A program made the translations under genes and the position numbers. A DNA stretch of 64,000 bases, taken from positions 1 through 64,000 of the IMG/VR virus record IMGVR_UViG_3300031569_001508. One strand, 5' to 3'. The notes under the pieces were generated by a model that made no database searches, was not told the DNA's origin, and worked only from the letters and a program-made list of their open reading frames with translations. This document shows, one piece after another, positions 19,885-29,711 of this stretch; positions within the stretch are counted from its first letter, which is position 1, and each line of letters begins with the position of its first letter. Origin of the DNA: a virus.

Positions 19885-21144
19885 ATGTTTTGGTTAGTTG
19901 AAGATGAAGAGCAGTTAAAAACGTTTAAAAACTATTGTAGTGGAGATGTTTTTATTGAAATCATTCCATACGATAATAGAGAACATCCTACTCAAAATAA
20001 AATATGTGCTTTTTATATTCGCCCGTTAAATTCAACAAAAGGTTATATATTGCCCATATCCCACGACGAAACATTAAACATTGATTTATACGCCGTAAAA
20101 CGCGTAATAGACAATATAAACAACATATATGTACGTGATAAAAAAGAATTTTTACATTATTTAATATTTAAAAGCCTTTTGGACACAACACTAAATGGTC
20201 CTATGTATATACCAGAGTTAACAAAAACACATAATTACTTTTATACTAAATATCCTAATAAAAAAGACATAAACAGAATAATACCTATAGTTAAACATTA
20301 TGAGTATTGTGAAAACATATTTAACGACTTAAAAACAAAAATAAATGAGCCAATCAACGACTTTTACAACACGAAAGCCACAGTGGTTTTCAACGCCATG
20401 GAGCAAAGTGGTGTACGAATTGATAAAGAAAGATTTGAATCGCACTTTCACCCTATCGATAGAGAATTCATCTACACGCAATACAACTTTAAAACAACAA
20501 CAACAAGACCCTCAAACAAATTTGGAGGAGTAAATTATGCGGCACTTAATAAAGAAAATGGATGTAGAGAAAGCTTTATACCACGCAATGATAGGTTTAT
20601 TGAGTTGGACATTGGTGCTTATCATCCTACTCTTTTGGGTTTGTTGGTTGGGTATAATTTTGGTAATAAAGATATACATGAATCTTTTGCAAAAATGTAC
20701 GGCGTTAATTACAAAAAAGCTAAAGAGTTAACATTTAAACAACTATACGGAGGAGTATTTGAACAGTTTAAAGATCTGGAGTTTTTTAAGAAAGTACAAG
20801 TATATGTAGATGAAATGTGGGAAAAATTTAACCAAGAAGGTTACATTGAGTGTCCTATTTCAAACCATAAATACGAAAAGAGTAAATTAGAGGATATGAA
20901 ACCTCAAAAGTTATTAAATTATGTACTCCAAAACTTGGAGACAGCAATGAATATTCGTATATTATGGGAGATATTTAAGTTATTAAGGGGGTATAAAACT
21001 AAATTAGTATTATATACTTATGATAGTTTCTTATTTGATTTTAAGGAGGGAGAAGAAACACTAATTATGGAAATAAAAGCTATATTTAACAATAATAAGC
21101 TTCAAATAAAAGAAAGTTATGGAAACAACTACAATTTTAAATAA
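19885..21144 (+). CDS. Short divergent family-A DNA polymerase-like protein
   Basis: TTTRPSN; motif A ELDIGAYHP, motif B KAKELTFKQLYGG, motif C LYTYDSFLFD; only 419 aa. Confidence 0.8.
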   Translation: MFWLVEDEEQLKTFKNYCSGDVFIEIIPYDNREHPTQNKICAFYIRPLNSTKGYILPISHDETLNIDLYAVKRVIDNINNIYVRDKKEFLHYLIFKSLLDTTLNGPMYIPELTKTHNYFYTKYPNKKDINRIIPIVKHYEYCENIFNDLKTKINEPINDFYNTKATVVFNAMEQSGVRIDKERFESHFHPIDREFIYTQYNFKTTTTRPSNKFGGVNYAALNKENGCRESFIPRNDRFIELDIGAYHPTLLGLLVGYNFGNKDIHESFAKMYGVNYKKAKELTFKQLYGGVFEQFKDLEFFKKVQVYVDEMWEKFNQEGYIECPISNHKYEKSKLEDMKPQKLLNYVLQNLETAMNIRILWEIFKLLRGYKTKLVLYTYDSFLFDFKEGEETLIMEIKAIFNNNKLQIKESYGNNYNFK

Positions 21145-21592
21145 ATCAGTTAATATGTATACTATAGATGATTTTAAGGAATTCTCTACATTAAATATAG
21201 GTGATTTGAATAATAAACTATTTTGTACATTTACTACGTTAGATGAGTTAAACCCATTAATAGAGGATTTAACTTCTACATATGATATCATGTATAACAA
21301 AATATTCGTTTTGCATGTTAAAAGCAATAATGAGTATGTTTGTACCTATAACATCGACCAAACTAATCTTAATTCACTCCCAGAAAACACAATTCTTGTA
21401 CATAGAAAAAAAGAATCTAATACTTTATATACTATAAACGCTTTAAATGAATTAATTAAAAGGTTAAATGGTGGAGTAGTTGATACTAAATTTCCAATTA
21501 CTTGGGAGCATTATAGAAATACTATCCTTCTTACTCAAAGAGATGAGCTAAAAGAATTAAAGACAAAAATCTATAAGATTCTTGAAGTATAG
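21119..21592 (+). CDS. Conserved hypothetical phage protein (true start may be TTG near 21206)
   Basis: KLFCTF...HRKKESNTLYTINALN; a late-type motif at 21153 suggests a downstream start. Confidence 0.7.
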   Translation: METTTILNKSVNMYTIDDFKEFSTLNIGDLNNKLFCTFTTLDELNPLIEDLTSTYDIMYNKIFVLHVKSNNEYVCTYNIDQTNLNSLPENTILVHRKKESNTLYTINALNELIKRLNGGVVDTKFPITWEHYRNTILLTQRDELKELKTKIYKILEV

Positions 21593-21593
21593 T

Positions 21594-21622
21594 TAGGCAA
21601 ACCGAACATCCGTTCGTATATT
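21594..21622 (+). promoter_or_regulatory. Early/middle promoter TAGG-N18-GTATATT
   Basis: Motif upstream of the SSB gene. Confidence 0.7.
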
Positions 21623-21667
21623 CATTACAATTAATAAACGTTATAAAACAATTAAAAGTTATCTATT

Positions 21668-22480
21668 ATGGATTTAAATGAAATCAAAAATCGCTTGGAG
21701 CAAATGAACAAGCAAACATCAAACAATAGTGGTGGAGGAACATCATTATTTTTTAAACCTTCCGTTGGTAAAGAAGTAGTTAGAGTGGTTCCTAACAAGT
21801 ATAACAAACAATTCCCATTTACAGAAATGATGTTCTATTATGGAATTGGGAGTAGAGTAATGCCCTCACCTCAAAATTGGAATGAAAAAGACCCAATTCA
21901 AGAGTTTACAAAACAATTACGTAGTAGTGGAGACAAAGAAAATTGGAGATTAGCTAAAAAATTAGATGCTAAAACTCGTATTTTTGCTCCTATTATAGTA
22001 AGAGGAAAAGAAGATGAAGGTGTTAAATTATGGCAATTTGGTAAAGAAGTTTATCAAGATTTCTTGAATATGGCTTCTGATGATGAAATTGGTGATTATA
22101 CAGACATTGAAGGAGGTAGAGATATTAAATTAACCACTGTAGGACCTGAAGTAACAGGAACACCTTATAATAAAACATCAGTAGGACCATCTTTAAAAAC
22201 AACACCTTTATCAGATGATGTAAATGTTGTAAAGAGTCTTATTTCTAACCAACCAAACCCGTTAGAAGTATTTAAAAAGTTAACATTTGAAGAAGTAAAA
22301 GCAAATTTACAAGAGTTTTTATCTACAGGTGAAGAGCAAGAGGTTTCAACACCTTCTAAAACACCACTACCTTCATCTAATAACTACTCATTAGATACTA
22401 ACAAATCTAAATCTAAAGCAGATCAATTTGATGATCTATTTTCTGAGGGTAAAGATAAAAAAGACGATTTACCGTTTTAA
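21668..22480 (+). CDS. Single-stranded DNA-binding protein (gp32-like)
   Basis: FFKPSVGKEVVRVVP, GVKLWQFGK, GDYTDIEGGRDI; acidic DDLPF tail. Confidence 0.82.
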   Translation: MDLNEIKNRLEQMNKQTSNNSGGGTSLFFKPSVGKEVVRVVPNKYNKQFPFTEMMFYYGIGSRVMPSPQNWNEKDPIQEFTKQLRSSGDKENWRLAKKLDAKTRIFAPIIVRGKEDEGVKLWQFGKEVYQDFLNMASDDEIGDYTDIEGGRDIKLTTVGPEVTGTPYNKTSVGPSLKTTPLSDDVNVVKSLISNQPNPLEVFKKLTFEEVKANLQEFLSTGEEQEVSTPSKTPLPSSNNYSLDTNKSKSKADQFDDLFSEGKDKKDDLPF

Positions 22481-22492
22481 TAAATAAAATAC

Positions 22493-23569
22493 ATGGCGAG
22501 AACTAAAAAAACACTAGGGGAGGCAGTCTCTAAAGAAATACAATCTAATTTTAACCTTGATGCTTTTAAAACAAAAAAAGGGTTAAAATCTAATATTAAA
22601 TTTAAGGATCAAGACTGGATTCCAATTTCGACAGCATTTCAAGAAGTAACTTCAATTCCAGGTATTCCTATGGGGCACATTGTGCTCCTTAGGGGTCACT
22701 CTGATACTGGAAAAACTACAGCTTTATTAGAAGCAGCAGTTTCAGCACAAAAACGAGATATTATGCCTGTTTTTATTATTACTGAAATGAAGTGGTCATG
22801 GGATCATGCTAAAATGATGGGACTTGAGGTTGATGAAGTTTTAGATCCTGACACGGGTGAAGTAGTTAATTATGAAGGTAATTTTATTTATGTAGATAGA
22901 GAAACTATTAACTCTATTGAAGATGTAGCTGGTTTTATTTTAGATTTAATTGATGAACAAAAAAATGGTAATTTACCTTATGATTTATTATTCTTATGGG
23001 ATTCTATTGGATCAGTTCCTTGTGAAATGTCAATAAAATCAAATAAAAACAATAATGAATGGAACGCAGGTGCTATGTCAACCCAATTTGGTAATAGTGT
23101 AAACCAAAAAATTACTTTATCCAGAAAAGAATCATCACCATTTACTAATACATTAGTTTGTATTAATAAAGTTTGGACATTAAAAGCAGAATCTCCTATG
23201 GGAAAACCCAAATTGATGAATAAAGGAGGTTATGCTATGTGGTTTGATTCAACCTTTGTAGTAACATTTGGTAACGTTATGTCAGCTGGAACCTCAAAAA
23301 TTAAAGCTATTAAAGATGGTAAACAAGTTGAATTTGCAAAAAGAGTAAACATTCAAATTGACAAAAACCACATCAATGGTGTTACTACTAGAGGAAAAAT
23401 TGTTATGACTCCTCATGGATTTATTTTAGACAATGATCGAGATCTTAAAAATTATAAGGATGCTAGAAAAGAAGATTGGGCTAAAATTCTAGGTGGGGGA
23501 GATTTTAGAGTTGTTGAAGAAGGTCAGGCATTTACTGATATAACATCCTTTGAAGACGAACCACAATAA
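22493..23569 (+). CDS. uvsX: RecA/UvsX-like recombinase
   Basis: GIPMGHIVLLRGHSDTGKT Walker A; LFLWDSIGS Walker B. Confidence 0.88.
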   Translation: MARTKKTLGEAVSKEIQSNFNLDAFKTKKGLKSNIKFKDQDWIPISTAFQEVTSIPGIPMGHIVLLRGHSDTGKTTALLEAAVSAQKRDIMPVFIITEMKWSWDHAKMMGLEVDEVLDPDTGEVVNYEGNFIYVDRETINSIEDVAGFILDLIDEQKNGNLPYDLLFLWDSIGSVPCEMSIKSNKNNNEWNAGAMSTQFGNSVNQKITLSRKESSPFTNTLVCINKVWTLKAESPMGKPKLMNKGGYAMWFDSTFVVTFGNVMSAGTSKIKAIKDGKQVEFAKRVNIQIDKNHINGVTTRGKIVMTPHGFILDNDRDLKNYKDARKEDWAKILGGGDFRVVEEGQAFTDITSFEDEPQ

Positions 23570-23572
23570 ACT

Positions 23573-23608
23573 TTGATACCCGGAGTATTTTTCGTATATT
23601 CCGGGTAT
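23573..23608 (+). promoter_or_regulatory. Promoter embedded in a 13-bp inverted repeat
   Basis: ATACCCGGAGTAT-ttttcgt-ATATTCCGGGTAT overlapping TTGA-N17-GTATATT. Confidence 0.75.
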
Positions 23609-23621
23609 AAAAATTAATCAT

Positions 23622-24656
23622 ATGAAACAGAAAGAATTATTTAAACTCCTGGATGGCATTCAGGAGCAAGGAGAAAGTACTGCAGTAAATAGTGAAAGAG
23701 TTTTATTAATAGATGGGTTAAATTTATTTTTTAGAAATTTTGCTATGATGAATATGGTTAATCCTGAGGGGATTCATGTAGGAGGATTAGGTGGTTTTTT
23801 TCGTTCATTAGGGGCTTTAATTCGTCAAATAGATCCAACACAAGTATATATAGTATTTGATGGAGCAGGGTCAGCTAATAATAGGAAAAACATTCTTCCT
23901 GAATATAAATCAGGTAGAGATTTACAACGTATTACTAATTGGGATGCTTTTGATGATTTAGAAGATGAACATGATGCGAAAGTAGACCAAATGGTTAGGA
24001 TTATTCAATATCTAAAAACCTTACCTGTTAAAACTTGTAGTATTGATAAGGTAGAAGCAGATGATATAATTGCATATTTTAGTAAAATTATTCCCCAAAA
24101 ACCCGAAGATAAAGTATTTATAGTATCTTCTGATAAAGATTTTATACAATTAGTGAATGAAAATGTTATTGTATATCGCCCTATGGAGAAAGAATATTAT
24201 ACAGAACAAACAGTAATTGATAAGTATAAAATGTCTCCTAAAAATTTTATACTACATAAAACTTTATTAGGTGATAATTCTGATAAAGTTAAAGGTGTTA
24301 AAGGATTAGGTGAAAAAGGCTTATATAAAAAATTCCCTGAATTGATGGAAAAGGATATGACAATGGATGACATATATAACATATGTGAAGCAAAGTTTAA
24401 AGAGCATGTAGTTTATGCTAGGGTAATTCAAGGTTTTGAACAGTTAGAAAAAAATTATAAGATTATGGATTTAGATAATCCTATGATTAGTAAAGATGAT
24501 GAAAAGTATTTAGATGCGGTTGTTAGTTCAGAAATTCCACCGTATATTCCAGAACAATTTGTAGCATTTTACAACCAGGATAAACTTGGGGGTATGATAC
24601 GAAATGTTGAGTTTTGGGTAAAAGAGATTTTTGAAAAATTAGTTATAAAAAAATAA
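23622..24656 (+). CDS. 5'-3' exonuclease / flap endonuclease (T4 RNase H-like)
   Basis: LLIDGLNLFFR, VFDG, YKSGR, EADDII, SSDKDFIQL, LLGDNSDKVKGVKGLG. Confidence 0.92.
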   Translation: MKQKELFKLLDGIQEQGESTAVNSERVLLIDGLNLFFRNFAMMNMVNPEGIHVGGLGGFFRSLGALIRQIDPTQVYIVFDGAGSANNRKNILPEYKSGRDLQRITNWDAFDDLEDEHDAKVDQMVRIIQYLKTLPVKTCSIDKVEADDIIAYFSKIIPQKPEDKVFIVSSDKDFIQLVNENVIVYRPMEKEYYTEQTVIDKYKMSPKNFILHKTLLGDNSDKVKGVKGLGEKGLYKKFPELMEKDMTMDDIYNICEAKFKEHVVYARVIQGFEQLEKNYKIMDLDNPMISKDDEKYLDAVVSSEIPPYIPEQFVAFYNQDKLGGMIRNVEFWVKEIFEKLVIKK

Positions 24657-24661
24657 GTTAT

Positions 24662-26026
24662 ATGACATTATTAAATTTAAACCAATATGGTCCTCATTTT
24701 CAAATAAAGGCCATATCTTCACTATTAACACATAAAAAGTTTTTAATTAGCATACATGATGTTTTAAGTGAAGAATATTTTGATAATCAAGCACATAAGT
24801 GGATTATTAAAGAAATACTTAGATATTATGATAAATATCATACAACTCCTTCAATGGATATTCTTAAGGTTGAGGTTAAAAAAATTGATAATGAAGTATT
24901 ACAAGTGTCTGTTAAGGAACAACTTAGAGAAGCATACCAAGCATCCGAAGAAGATTTAGAGTATGTACAAGAAGAATTTTCAACATTTTGTAAAAACCAA
25001 CAATTAAAAAAAGCATTATTAAATAGTGTTGATTTATTAAAAGCTGGGGATTTTGATGGTATTAAACATTTAGTAGAGTCTGCTTTAAAGGCTGGCAATG
25101 ATAAAAATGTAGGACATGAATATAATAAAGATATTGAAACAAGATTTAGGGAAGATGCTAGAACTACAATTCCAACTCCTTGGGTTAAAATTAATGAATT
25201 GTTACAAGGTGGATTGGGAAATGGAGATTTTGGTCTTATATTTGGTAGCCCAGGAGGTGGTAAATCTTGGTCGTTAGTAGCATTAGGAGGATATGCTGTA
25301 AGAATGGGTTATAATGTAATTCATTATACTTTAGAGTTAGGTGAAGCTTATGTAGGAAGAAGATATGATGCTTTCTTTAGCAAAATCCCAGTTGATAAAA
25401 TACTCCAAAATAGGGAAAAAATAGAAGATATTATCCCCCAACTTCAGGGAGAGTTAATTATTAAAGAATTCCCAACAGGTAGGGCAACAATGTCTACAAT
25501 AGAATCTCACATATCTAAGGTTTCAGATGGGGGGCTAAAACCAGATTTAATAATTATTGATTATGTAGACCTTTTAGGAACAAAAAAGAAAACAGCTGAT
25601 CGTAAAGGTGAAATAGATGATATTTATACAAGCACTAAGGGATTAGCTAGAGAATTAGATATACCAATTTGGTCTGTTTCTCAAGTTAATAGAGCTGGTG
25701 CTAAAGATGACATTGTAGAGGGAGATAAAGCAGCAGGATCTTATGATAAAATTATGATTACTGATGTTTGTATTTCTTTGTCAAGGAAAAAAGCCGATAA
25801 GGTAAATGGTACTGGAAGATTTCATATTATGAAAAATAGATATGGTATTGATGGTCTTACTTTTGGGGTTAAAGCTGACACATCTACAGGTCATTTTGAA
25901 GTTATAGATTACGATCCTGAAGATTACGAGAAGGAAGAAGTTCAACCTTCAAATAGTTTTAATAGTGGTCTTGATACTTTTGATAAACAAATGTTAAAAA
26001 ATAAATTTTTTGAATTAAATAAATAA
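24662..26026 (+). CDS. Replicative DnaB-like helicase (gp41-like)
   Basis: GSPGGGKS Walker A, YTLEL, IIIDYVDLL, SQVNR, KNRYG. Confidence 0.92.
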   Translation: MTLLNLNQYGPHFQIKAISSLLTHKKFLISIHDVLSEEYFDNQAHKWIIKEILRYYDKYHTTPSMDILKVEVKKIDNEVLQVSVKEQLREAYQASEEDLEYVQEEFSTFCKNQQLKKALLNSVDLLKAGDFDGIKHLVESALKAGNDKNVGHEYNKDIETRFREDARTTIPTPWVKINELLQGGLGNGDFGLIFGSPGGGKSWSLVALGGYAVRMGYNVIHYTLELGEAYVGRRYDAFFSKIPVDKILQNREKIEDIIPQLQGELIIKEFPTGRATMSTIESHISKVSDGGLKPDLIIIDYVDLLGTKKKTADRKGEIDDIYTSTKGLARELDIPIWSVSQVNRAGAKDDIVEGDKAAGSYDKIMITDVCISLSRKKADKVNGTGRFHIMKNRYGIDGLTFGVKADTSTGHFEVIDYDPEDYEKEEVQPSNSFNSGLDTFDKQMLKNKFFELNK

Positions 26027-26032
26027 AACTAA

Positions 26033-27019
26033 ATGGCAAAAACTTCCCTACTAAAAGAACGTATAGTATATAAACCTTTTGAATATCAAGAGGCATCAGA
26101 TTATTGGTTACAACAACAACAGGCACATTGGTTACATACAGAAGTACCTATGATGAGTGATGTTAATGATTGGAAACAAAATTTATCCGAAACAGAAAAA
26201 AACATAATTGGTACAATTTTAAAAGGTTTTGCTCAGACGGAAACTGTAGTAAATGATTATTGGACCCAGTTAGTTACAAAATGGTTTAGAAAACCTGAAG
26301 TAATTAAAATGGCTGTTACGTTTGGGGCTTTTGAAACTATTCATGCTGAAGCTTATTCTTTGTTAAATGAAGAATTAGGATTAGATGATTTTAGTGAGTT
26401 TTTAGAGGATGAAGCAACAATGGCTAAAATTAATGCTTTAACAACAGTAAGAGATTCACATGATGGTACTCCTAACTGGCATGAAAGAGCTAAATCATTA
26501 GCTATATTTTCAGCATTTACAGAAGGTGTTAATTTATTTTCTTCATTTGCTGTTTTATTATCATTTAAATTAGATAATAAACTTAAAGGCGTAGGTCAAA
26601 TAGTTGAATGGAGTATTAGAGATGAATCATTACACTCAGAAGCTGGATGTTGGTTATTTAGAACTTTAATGCAAGAACATCCTGAATTTAATACACCAGA
26701 ATTAAAAGTAGATATTGAAGAAGCAGCTTTATTATCATTAAAATTAGAATTAGATTTTATTGATAAAGTATATGAAATGGGGGATCTAAAAGGATGCCCA
26801 AAATATGATTTAGTATCATTTATTAAACATAGAGTAAACACTAAAATGGGTGATTTAGGATATGGACCGGTTGTTAATGGTATAGATAAAGATGCAGTAA
26901 AAAGAATGAAGTGGTTTGATAGTCTATCAGCTGGAAAACAGCATACAGATTTCTTTGCAAACAGAGTTACTAACTATTCAAAAGGTGTCCAAGATTGGGA
27001 CGCTAATTCAATATTTTAA
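26033..27019 (+). CDS. nrdB: Ribonucleotide reductase class I beta subunit
   Basis: ETIHAEAYS, EGVNLFSSF, RDESLH, DFFANRVTNY. Confidence 0.95.
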   Translation: MAKTSLLKERIVYKPFEYQEASDYWLQQQQAHWLHTEVPMMSDVNDWKQNLSETEKNIIGTILKGFAQTETVVNDYWTQLVTKWFRKPEVIKMAVTFGAFETIHAEAYSLLNEELGLDDFSEFLEDEATMAKINALTTVRDSHDGTPNWHERAKSLAIFSAFTEGVNLFSSFAVLLSFKLDNKLKGVGQIVEWSIRDESLHSEAGCWLFRTLMQEHPEFNTPELKVDIEEAALLSLKLELDFIDKVYEMGDLKGCPKYDLVSFIKHRVNTKMGDLGYGPVVNGIDKDAVKRMKWFDSLSAGKQHTDFFANRVTNYSKGVQDWDANSIF

Positions 27020-27022
27020 AAT

Positions 27023-28738
27023 ATGGAAAATAACGCATTACAAGTAGACTACAGCCAATGGGAAGCTGGAAAACAATACCCTGAGTGGATGGATGAAATT
27101 TCACTAGCAACAATATCAAAAGGATATTTACTTCCAGGTGAAACTGTAAGAACAGCATATAGAAGAGTATCAACTGCTGCTGCCGTAAGATTAAAAAAAC
27201 CAGAATTAGCAAGTAAATTTTTTAAGATAATGTGGAATGGTTGGCTAGGCTTAGCATCCCCGGTTTTATCAAACATGGGAACTGATAGAGGTTTACCAAT
27301 TTCATGTTTTGGTGTAGATACTCCAGATTCTATACGTGGTATAGGGTTAACTAACGCAGAACTAATGAAGTTAACAGCATCCGGTGGAGGTGTAGGCATT
27401 TCACTATCACGCATTAGAACACGTGGGGTAGAAATTACAGGAAATGGTAAAAGTGAAGGCGTAGTACCATGGGCTAAAATATTTGATTCATCAATTATAG
27501 CAACTAACCAAGGAAATGTAAGAAGAGGGGCAGCATCAGTTAATTTAGATATTGAACATGGGGATATAGATGAATTTTTACAAATTCGTAGACCCAAAGG
27601 TGATCCTAATAGACAATGTCTTAATTTACACCAATGTGTTGTTGTTGGAGATTCATTTATGAGAAAATTAGAAGCTAGAGACCCAGAATCAATGGATAGG
27701 TGGACTACAGTTTTAAAATCAAGAATGGAAACTGGAGAACCTTATATAATGTATAAAGATAATGTTAATAAAGATAATCCAATTGCTTATAGACTAAATA
27801 ACTTAGATGTAAGTATGACTAATATATGTTCTGAAATTACTTTATTTACAGATGAAGAGCATTCATTTATATGTTGTTTATCTTCTATGAATTTAGCTAA
27901 ATATGATGAGTGGAAAGACACAGATGCTGTTGAATTAGCTACTTGGTTTTTAGATGGTGTAATGCAAGAATTTATAGATAAATCTAATGGTAAAGATTCG
28001 TTAAGAAGAACTCACAACCATGCTAAGAAGGGAAGAGCATTAGGTTTAGGTGTAATGGGTTGGCATTCGTTTTTACAACAAAAAGGATTACCTTTTAATT
28101 CTATAGCATCAACAGCTCATACTCATAATATATTTTCAGATATTAGAGGTAAAGCCGAAAAAGCGTCAATGGCGTTAGCTCAAGAATATGGAGAACCACT
28201 ATGGTGTAAAGGAACAGGTATGAGAAATACCCATTTACTAGCAATTGCTCCTACAGTATCTAATTCAGTTATTTGTGGTGGTATTTCAGCTGGAATTGAA
28301 CCATTGCCAGCTAATATTTACACATTTAATGGTGCTAAAGGTACTTTTATTAGAAAAAATAAAGAATTACAAAAAATACTAATATCAAAAGGAGAAGATA
28401 AAGATAAATGGTGGGATCAAATGTTAGCAGATGATGGATCGGCCCAAAATCTACCAGATAATGTTTTAACACCTGATGAAAAGGAATTGTTTTTAACATT
28501 TCCCGAAATTAATCAATTAGAGTTAGTAAGACAGGCTGCTATACGTCAAAAATATATTGATCAGACACAATCTTTAAATTTAGCATTTGATCCAAGTGAT
28601 TCACCAAAATGGATTAATCAAGTACATTTAGAAGGATGGAAGTTAGGAATAAAAACATTCTATTATTTAAGAACAGATTCAGTAATAAAAGGAGATTTAG
28701 GGTCTCGAATGGCTGATTGTGTATCTTGTGATGGGTAA
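27023..28738 (+). CDS. nrdA: Ribonucleotide reductase class I alpha subunit (no N-terminal ATP cone evident)
   Basis: PISCF, GGGVG, TNICSEI, CCLSS, AIAPTVSNS, KTFYYLR; C-terminal CVSCDG. Confidence 0.95.
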   Translation: MENNALQVDYSQWEAGKQYPEWMDEISLATISKGYLLPGETVRTAYRRVSTAAAVRLKKPELASKFFKIMWNGWLGLASPVLSNMGTDRGLPISCFGVDTPDSIRGIGLTNAELMKLTASGGGVGISLSRIRTRGVEITGNGKSEGVVPWAKIFDSSIIATNQGNVRRGAASVNLDIEHGDIDEFLQIRRPKGDPNRQCLNLHQCVVVGDSFMRKLEARDPESMDRWTTVLKSRMETGEPYIMYKDNVNKDNPIAYRLNNLDVSMTNICSEITLFTDEEHSFICCLSSMNLAKYDEWKDTDAVELATWFLDGVMQEFIDKSNGKDSLRRTHNHAKKGRALGLGVMGWHSFLQQKGLPFNSIASTAHTHNIFSDIRGKAEKASMALAQEYGEPLWCKGTGMRNTHLLAIAPTVSNSVICGGISAGIEPLPANIYTFNGAKGTFIRKNKELQKILISKGEDKDKWWDQMLADDGSAQNLPDNVLTPDEKELFLTFPEINQLELVRQAAIRQKYIDQTQSLNLAFDPSDSPKWINQVHLEGWKLGIKTFYYLRTDSVIKGDLGSRMADCVSCDG

Positions 28739-28791
28739 ATAAAATAATATAGTTATAAATTAAATAAATAATAAATCAAAATTCAAAAAAA

Positions 28792-29298
28792 ATGAAAAAA
28801 ATTTTTACACTTTTGTTAGCATCTACTTTATTAGTAGCATGTAATAACACTAAAACAGAAAAAGCGGAAAAGGTAGAAACCGACCCTGCTAAGTTTACTT
28901 TAACAGTAATTAATAATACTGATCAAGACATGAAATGGGCTCAAACATGGGCTATGACAGGACCAACATCAGGGGTAGTAGCAGCAGGAGATACTGTATT
29001 ACTATCTTCAAATGAAACAGGTGGTGATGAAATAACAATAAATCCCCTACCTCCAAAATCAGTAGAAGCAGCAAACCCAGCAAGTGGGATATTTCAAATG
29101 ACCTATGGTTGGGATGGACACATTGCTCGTATTTATGCTGATAACACGGTAAATAAAGGGAATCCAATGTCGGATGTATGTTATGGTTGTAATTGGGTTT
29201 ATAAAACAGACTTTTTATTACCTTCAGGAGTACAAACAAACGCAACCAATACTGTTACATTTACAACAGAAGCTTTTACTCCACCTGTAGTTGAGTAA
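28792..29298 (+). CDS. Lipoprotein
   Basis: MKKIFTLLLASTLLVAC lipobox followed by a K/E-rich segment; own terminator. Confidence 0.8.
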   Translation: MKKIFTLLLASTLLVACNNTKTEKAEKVETDPAKFTLTVINNTDQDMKWAQTWAMTGPTSGVVAAGDTVLLSSNETGGDEITINPLPPKSVEAANPASGIFQMTYGWDGHIARIYADNTVNKGNPMSDVCYGCNWVYKTDFLLPSGVQTNATNTVTFTTEAFTPPVVE

Positions 29299-29328
29299 AT
29301 AAGAAAAAAATATAACTATATTATTAAG

Positions 29329-29354
29329 AGAGGTGCATAAGCACCTCTTTTTTT
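29329..29354 (+). terminator. Rho-independent terminator
   Basis: AGAGGTGC-ataa-GCACCTCT followed by a T-run. Confidence 0.88.
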
Positions 29355-29388
29355 ATATTTATTATTGAATAACAAAAATCAATTAATT

Positions 29389-29676
29389 ATGGAAATATTT
29401 GGAGTAATTTGTTTAATTTTATTAGTAAGTGCAGGAGTTATTATTTATCTACAAAAATCTGGAAGAATTGGAGATAGAGATAAAGACTTAATTCCTGATG
29501 TTGTAGAGGATACTATTGAAGATGTTAAAAAGGCATCTAAAGAAGTAAAATCTAGAATAAAAAATGTAAAAAAAGAAATTAAAGATGTTAAATCTGCAGC
29601 TAAATCCCTAAAAAAGGAAGCAAAAGATGTTTTAGATGCCGCAAAAGGTAAAAAAACAAAAAAAAAACGTAAATAA
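29389..29676 (+). CDS. Membrane-anchored Lys-rich coiled-coil protein
   Basis: N-terminal TM helix, DRDKDLIPD motif, K-rich helix; ATG at 29389 (track start 29365). Confidence 0.65.
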   Translation: MEIFGVICLILLVSAGVIIYLQKSGRIGDRDKDLIPDVVEDTIEDVKKASKEVKSRIKNVKKEIKDVKSAAKSLKKEAKDVLDAAKGKKTKKKRK

Positions 29677-29711
29677 TTTCAATAAAAGTTTTTATTAAAA
29701 GTTTTAATAGT

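Noticed and set aside
27049-27597. 182-aa minus-strand ORF in nrdA (and similar ones in groEL)
   Set aside because: In-register antisense frames of conserved genes; no recognisable motifs.
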